Below are positions 59,061 to 64,000 of a stretch of DNA of 64,000 nt, in pieces. The notes under the pieces were generated by a model that saw only the letters and a program-made list of their open reading frames with translations, ran no database searches and was not told the origin of the DNA. The DNA comes from an uncultured Rhabdochlamydiaceae bacterium (GTDB taxonomy: Bacteria; Chlamydiota; Chlamydiia; Chlamydiales; Rhabdochlamydiaceae). The number at the start of each line of letters is the position of its first letter. The stretch's first letter is position 1. The translations under genes were made by a program, and so were the position numbers. The DNA is taken from NCBI GenBank assembly GCA_963712275.1, contig CAVQHD010000001.1:1120001-1184000 (forward strand), read 5' to 3'.

Positions 59061-59263
59061 AAATAACCTATTATTAATAATATTATTATATATGATTTAA
59101 AGATTTAATAAAATTAATATTTAAATATATTAAAAATAATGAAAGTGGTTGATTTTCAGCTAGATATAATATTAGGAGAAAGAAAGCGCGCAATAAACAG
59201 GATATAGGAAACGGCTTACGGCTCGCTCCTACCTACTCAATCCTCTATAGAAGAGAATCAAGC

Positions 59264-60043
59264 TCAAAAGGAGCCAAATAGCCGTTTTCTGAAAAAAATG
59301 ATCGCAAAGATGGCAATGAGACCATAAACCCAAGGCTTGATCCTCGATGAACGAGCCACGTGCTTTTGCTCTTCGACTTTGTCTCGTTCTTGGACGAAAG
59401 CAGGTAAGTCCTCTTGACTGATGTAGGCTTGAACCTTGATCGTTGTTTTGGAATCTCTGTGATCAGTAGAGGAAGAAGCCAGGGAAAGAGAAGATTGGGA
59501 AGTCGCTGCTGAAAGATCTACACCTAAACATAAACCCTTACACTCTTCTTTATAGTCTGTGAGGTATTGACCAAATATTGCTTGCATTGCCGGGCGTACT
59601 GATTCACGTAAAAGATGCGCTTTTTCTCGAAAAAACTTTCGATCAATTTCTGGCGAAAATTCAGGAACTACCGGCGCGTTTTCTTCAGTTTTTTTCTTTG
59701 GTGTAAATTGCTCACACCACTCGGCAAATAAGCAGCCTTTATCTTCCAAAAGAGCTTTTATTTGTAAAGCTGTAGTAGGATCGGTAATATCAAGAGAAAA
59801 ATAGAACCATTTTTTGTTTTGTGAAGTAGGGAAAACTCCGAAAGGGTTTGTTAATTGAGTTTGCAAGTCTGTTAAAACTTTTTTAGCAAATTGAGAGGCC
59901 AAGGCTTTTGCTACAGTATCACGTTGGCTATTAAAAGCGTGGTCCCACTTTTCAAATTGAGCCTGCCTGGTTCCTTGAACTTCTGTCACATTTATCACAG
60001 GCACGACGTCTCTGGATAATGATGGGTATAGTCCTGTTGCCAT
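59264..60043 (-). CDS. Hypothetical protein with C-terminal tail anchor
   Basis: GAGGG RBS; ends PWVYGLIAIFAIIFFRKRLFGSF. Confidence 0.72.
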   Translation of the reverse strand: MATGLYPSLSRDVVPVINVTEVQGTRQAQFEKWDHAFNSQRDTVAKALASQFAKKVLTDLQTQLTNPFGVFPTSQNKKWFYFSLDITDPTTALQIKALLEDKGCLFAEWCEQFTPKKKTEENAPVVPEFSPEIDRKFFREKAHLLRESVRPAMQAIFGQYLTDYKEECKGLCLGVDLSAATSQSSLSLASSSTDHRDSKTTIKVQAYISQEDLPAFVQERDKVEEQKHVARSSRIKPWVYGLIAIFAIIFFRKRLFGSF

Positions 60044-60110
60044 AAGTTTTCCCTCTGGTTTTAACTAGAGAAGGATTATGGAGGAGGGCAATTCTTTTAG
60101 TCAATCTATT

Positions 60111-60560
60111 TTAGAGCTGAGGAGATGAAGCCGGCTGGCTTCGGGGAGGCTGGGTCTGTTTGGCCCGGACGCTCACGCCTGTGAGGGTATTGGTCAATAA
60201 AGTTGGGTAAGCAAGGTCCTGGCTGGGGCTCATTGTGATTGAGACAGGTGTAAGCCAAAAGGTTGTCTTAGATCGATCGGTGGGGGCAATTTCGTAGATG
60301 GATCCGTCGCTTAAGACGAGCTGCGCGCCGTTCTGCAGGTTTTGCTCGAGGGTGATCCGCGGAGCTGGAGGATGGACTGTTTTGAGGACAAACTTTTCAT
60401 TCATCCACCGTTCCAATTCTTGCCGCTGCACAGCGGAAAGCTGAGAAATGCCGGTCTTTTTTTGCTCATCTTGAGACATCAGGTCGCTCAAGCGAATAAG
60501 ACCCAGCAGGTTGACCGAGCTTAGCAGAGCTGCGAGAAAAATGATACGAATCGCTTTCAT
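60111..60560 (-). CDS. Hypothetical exported protein
   Basis: Signal peptide MKAIRIIFLAALLSS; co-oriented with the upstream genes. Confidence 0.72.
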   Translation of the reverse strand: MKAIRIIFLAALLSSVNLLGLIRLSDLMSQDEQKKTGISQLSAVQRQELERWMNEKFVLKTVHPPAPRITLEQNLQNGAQLVLSDGSIYEIAPTDRSKTTFWLTPVSITMSPSQDLAYPTLLTNTLTGVSVRAKQTQPPRSQPASSPQL

Positions 60561-60592
60561 AATTTTTTATTTAAATGAAATCCCTATTTTCT

Positions 60593-62101
60593 TCAATCAC
60601 TGACATGATGGCGGAGAAAATAGCGGAGGCCGCGCAGAGCTGGGCTGCGGTGGTCGCGAGTTTGCAGAATTGATTCTGTCCGTTGAAGATGGGCCCATGC
60701 TTTATTATAGTCAAACCGCTCAGTTGCAATGACAGAGAGGTAGTATTCCACAACAGAGTTTTCGGGGTCAATTTGATGGTATTTTTGGAGGATTGCCTCC
60801 GCTTCGGCGTTTCGCCCGAGTTGAAGCCATGTGACGGCAAGTTGGAGCAATCCTGCTCGAAACTGCGGGTATCTTTTAATGATTTTTTCAAGGACAGCTT
60901 GTTTCTCTAAAATGGACTCGCGCGTTTCATCGACATGCATAAAGACGGCTTTAATTCCTTCGACATTGACTTTTCTGTTTAAATAATCATCAGGAATCGT
61001 TTCAGGAGAGACGGCCCAATCAAAGGTGTGTCCTCGGAGGCTTTCAAGAAGCGCTTTTCCCTCTTTTATTCTCCCAACAAAAAGGAAGTTCAGCCCCATG
61101 AATAAATCGAGAAGAGGATCTGACTTAAGGTAAGCTTGGGCTTTTTGGTAGAGCTCCAACGTTTTAGTATAATTGTTTTGGCCCCAAGCAACGGAAGCTT
61201 CATTCACATAAGCGAGGCCGATGACTTCCTTCAAATTGCGCTCTTGGAGGCGGCGTGTATCGATTCCTAAATAGACATCAGAGGGAAGGTTGATTCCTCG
61301 CGCTGTTGTTTCAATGTTGGTCACTTTAGCCCCCTTGCGAAAACGGACGTAAATATGTCCAGGGGGTGTGATAATTTCAAGCGGGAGTCCCAGCCGCTGA
61401 GCAAGGCAGAGATAAAGAATAGAAACCCCTAGGCAGACTCCTTCGCGGCTATCCATGACAGAAGGAAGAAAGGTGTAAAGGTCGATATCTTTTGCATAAA
61501 TTGAATGGGGAGGGAAGCGGAATTTCATCTCTTGAAAAATAAAGTTGTTGATCTCTCGGACTTGATCTTCGGGCGTTGCCGTTTGAGGAAGACGGGCTCG
61601 GATCTGAAGGGCCATCAAGTCAAGAGCTGCCTCATATTGCCGAATCTCCTCCACATTTTCATTAAACTGTTCAATGAGAAGTCCTCGGCTTAAGTCGACT
61701 TCATGAGGCTCGAGTATCAAGAGCTGATCTCGCGTCCAGATCTGATGCCCTTTTAAAAACCGGTTAGGAAACTGTTCAGCGAGCTTTTCAACGGCATCGA
61801 GCTCTGTTGCTTGGAGTTTAACAGGTTTTTCAGATTGCTCTCGTGTGATGAGGGCAATTAAAGGGCGGATATCGACGGATGGAAGGGGGAGGATCGGCTT
61901 TTTAGGGTCGATTTGACCTCCTGAGAGCAGGTGCCACGCATGCGACAAAGCCTCTTTCCCTTCAGCGGTCTCAGGGTAAAGTTCATAAAATGCCAGATGT
62001 TCTGCCACGGATAAAGGGTCTAAACTTGAAAGACGGGTTTTCAGGACGGGGTCCTTTCCCAACAGGAGAGCCGGAAGAATAAAAAAAATTAAGCGGTGCA
62101 T
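60593..62101 (-). CDS. Transglutaminase-like (SirB1/Transglut_core2) plus TPR protein
   Basis: FLPSVMDSREGVCLGVSILYLCLAQRLGLPL..PGHIYVR..NIETT, then TPR-like helices. Confidence 0.82.
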   Translation of the reverse strand: MHRLIFFILPALLLGKDPVLKTRLSSLDPLSVAEHLAFYELYPETAEGKEALSHAWHLLSGGQIDPKKPILPLPSVDIRPLIALITREQSEKPVKLQATELDAVEKLAEQFPNRFLKGHQIWTRDQLLILEPHEVDLSRGLLIEQFNENVEEIRQYEAALDLMALQIRARLPQTATPEDQVREINNFIFQEMKFRFPPHSIYAKDIDLYTFLPSVMDSREGVCLGVSILYLCLAQRLGLPLEIITPPGHIYVRFRKGAKVTNIETTARGINLPSDVYLGIDTRRLQERNLKEVIGLAYVNEASVAWGQNNYTKTLELYQKAQAYLKSDPLLDLFMGLNFLFVGRIKEGKALLESLRGHTFDWAVSPETIPDDYLNRKVNVEGIKAVFMHVDETRESILEKQAVLEKIIKRYPQFRAGLLQLAVTWLQLGRNAEAEAILQKYHQIDPENSVVEYYLSVIATERFDYNKAWAHLQRTESILQTRDHRSPALRGLRYFLRHHVSD

Positions 62102-62113
62102 TCTCCCATGATA

Positions 62114-62563
62114 TCATTTTATATCAAAAATGGAAGGGCCTGTCTTTCGTAGAACATGACCCCGCGGGAGGGTTTGTCCTGTCTCCATGGCTGTTTTCCA
62201 AGAAAAGGCATAGTCTAGAAAGGCTTCGAGAGCATCGGCAAGAAGGTCTCCTCTTAAGCCAACGAAAGTCACATAGGTAAAAAGAGCGAGCTGATGATTG
62301 CGGGGGCTATAACAAAATGTTCCAATCCGTGGGAAAAGATGATTTTCTTTTAACGTCTCTTTTATTAAATTTTCCCGAAATTTCCCTGGAGGAAGCTCTC
62401 CGATGAATGTTGCCATGAGAAGCCGTTGTTTATGTTCTTCCTCTTGGAGTTGAATATGAAGAGCATTGTTGACATAAAGAGAGCAGCATCGATTGTGATC
62501 GAGATGGAGGGGAACATCGATTAGGGCACCTAAATCAGCAAGAACAAGGGCAAATTGATCCAT
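62114..62563 (-). CDS. scc1: Type III secretion chaperone (SycE/Scc1, CesT family)
   Basis: Size, IGELPPGKFRENL..L.EN motif, and position directly downstream of copN. Confidence 0.82.
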   Translation of the reverse strand: MDQFALVLADLGALIDVPLHLDHNRCCSLYVNNALHIQLQEEEHKQRLLMATFIGELPPGKFRENLIKETLKENHLFPRIGTFCYSPRNHQLALFTYVTFVGLRGDLLADALEAFLDYAFSWKTAMETGQTLPRGHVLRKTGPSIFDIK

Positions 62564-63759
62564 TATCTTTTTTTTCCTTTTTTCTTCTGTTTCTCTTCCT
62601 CTTCTTTGAGCTTCTCCTCTAGTTCCTCTAGAGTCTCCATAAAGCAGAGCAGCAGCTCTTGCCGATGCCTCTCATCGCGGAAAAGTCTTGGAGCGACTTG
62701 TCTCATAGCATCCCGATACTGAAGATAAATGATCAGCTGGGCAAGCTTTTCATTGGCGATTCCGAGCTGGTGGGACAGAAGGAGCGCTTTCTCGACGCTG
62801 GGGTACCTTTCCATGAGGAATTTCACAAAGAGGCGGGCTAAAAGATCAAAGGTAATACGAGAAGGAACGACAAGTCCTTGCCGATTGAAAGAGCTTGAAA
62901 TCAGGTTCATCCGCGAGAGAAAATACCGGTAGACTCCTAAGATCGCTTGCATGTTGCGGGTTTCTGTCATCATCCTTTGGAGTTCTTCTCGTGAAATGGA
63001 AGGACCCTTTGATTTGATGTCAGCGCCGAGTGAATGGAGGATAAAGTCAACTACGACCCGCATTTTATCCATGGCATAATTGGTCGAAAGTTCTTGGAAA
63101 AGGGTGATGGCATCTCGAGGATTGGCAGTTAAGCTGCGATAGAGATCCCTTAAAGCTGTGGGGGATCCGAGCCCTTGGGCAGAGAAATTGCGGGCTTGGA
63201 TCCCCATATTCCGTCCCGCCTTCACCTCTCTTTCTGAGGTTCGGTATAACTCAGACTTTGCTTCCTCTAAGGTGAAGCGCATATCGGCGTCTGCTGTTTC
63301 AATCAAAAAATCGAGAGCCTCATCGACAAGAGCCACATCAGAGTAGACTTGACGCAGTTTTCTTAAAATTTCTTCAGCCGAGTCTTTTTTTGAAATACGT
63401 GCCCGAATAGAGAGAAGCGTACGTGCTTGGAGTTCAGGGTTTTTTCGCTGGTAATTTTCAGAAATTTCTTGGAGCTTGTCGACGATCTGAATCTCTTCTT
63501 CCTCTTTTTCGGCTTTTGCGCTCTCATCTGGCCTTGTCTTTTCTCGGCCTCGCTTTTCAAGTGTTTGAAAGTTTCTGGCCAGGGCCAAAGGGTTCCAAGC
63601 ATTTAAATCACCCCATTCTTGAAACTCCTCCCGGGCCGATTCTTGGACAACAGAATATTGAAGTAATCGCTGGGCAGCAGCGTGTTTAAGTGCTGCTTGT
63701 TTTGCAGCCGCTTGCTGCTGAACCCTTTCGACACTAGGGACAGAATCATCTCCAGGCAT
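62563..63759 (-). CDS. copN: Type III secretion gatekeeper CopN (SctW)
   Basis: YSDVALVDEALDFL, GRN, SPTALRDLYRSL, LGADIKSKGPSI, RQVAPRLF. GGAGG RBS before ATG 63759. Confidence 0.85.
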   Translation of the reverse strand: MPGDDSVPSVERVQQQAAAKQAALKHAAAQRLLQYSVVQESAREEFQEWGDLNAWNPLALARNFQTLEKRGREKTRPDESAKAEKEEEEIQIVDKLQEISENYQRKNPELQARTLLSIRARISKKDSAEEILRKLRQVYSDVALVDEALDFLIETADADMRFTLEEAKSELYRTSEREVKAGRNMGIQARNFSAQGLGSPTALRDLYRSLTANPRDAITLFQELSTNYAMDKMRVVVDFILHSLGADIKSKGPSISREELQRMMTETRNMQAILGVYRYFLSRMNLISSSFNRQGLVVPSRITFDLLARLFVKFLMERYPSVEKALLLSHQLGIANEKLAQLIIYLQYRDAMRQVAPRLFRDERHRQELLLCFMETLEELEEKLKEEEEKQKKKGKKR

Positions 63760-63845
63760 ATCCCTCCTCATACCAGAGGACTCAAAATGATTAAAATAAT
63801 TTATTTACAAAGTGGGTAAAAAGAGATTGTGAGTATAATGTAGCC

Positions 63846-64000
63846 ATGGAAGAAGCGAATCAAATAAAACAAAACAAATCTCTAGCACAGCTAGTCCCTA
63901 ACGAAAAAGATGCTGAAAGTTTGTTTGGGAAGATGAAAGGTTCAGTTCGTATTGGTGGAGACATTTTGTCCCCGATAGACGAGGTTTGGAATGCTTGTGC
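63846..64000 (+). CDS. Small ORF running off the window end, resembling the C-terminal half of a Phd/YefM-type antitoxin
   Basis: MEEANQIKQNKSLAQLVPNEKDAESLFGKMKGSVRIGGDILSPIDEVWNAC; TATAAT ends 6 nt before the ATG. Confidence 0.5.
   Translation, partial: MEEANQIKQNKSLAQLVPNEKDAESLFGKMKGSVRIGGDILSPIDEVWNAC

Overview
The window looks like chromosome from an environmental Chlamydiota member, judged from gene content and order. Core blocks are pdhABC, lpxD-skp-bamA, recR, the V-type ATPase operon (E, DUF2764, A, B, D, I, K), putP-surE-htrA, sucCD, marC, a PLD gene, rpmB, clpB and the T3SS genes scc1-copN. Accessory DNA lies between them. It includes two Rpn-family nuclease genes with 24-bp repeat tails, a Gly-rich autotransporter split by an intact ISAs1-family IS (30-bp TIRs, 9-bp TSD), a hipBA-like module, and a coupled HIT-serpin-2OG/Fe(II) oxygenase trio. 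A ~14-kb block next to clpB carries a GH81 beta-1,3-glucanase-like gene coupled to a two-partner secretion pair (tpsB-tpsA), followed by an F-box/LRR protein and other candidate effectors. This GH81-TpsB-TpsA operon is my best candidate for an undescribed system. Non-coding DNA holds ~160-bp palindromic MITE/RPE-like elements with TAA/TTA duplications plus collapsed remnants; one has rewritten the 3' end of the V-ATPase I gene. I saw no tRNA, rRNA or CRISPR array. All calls come from motif recognition by eye; no searches were run.
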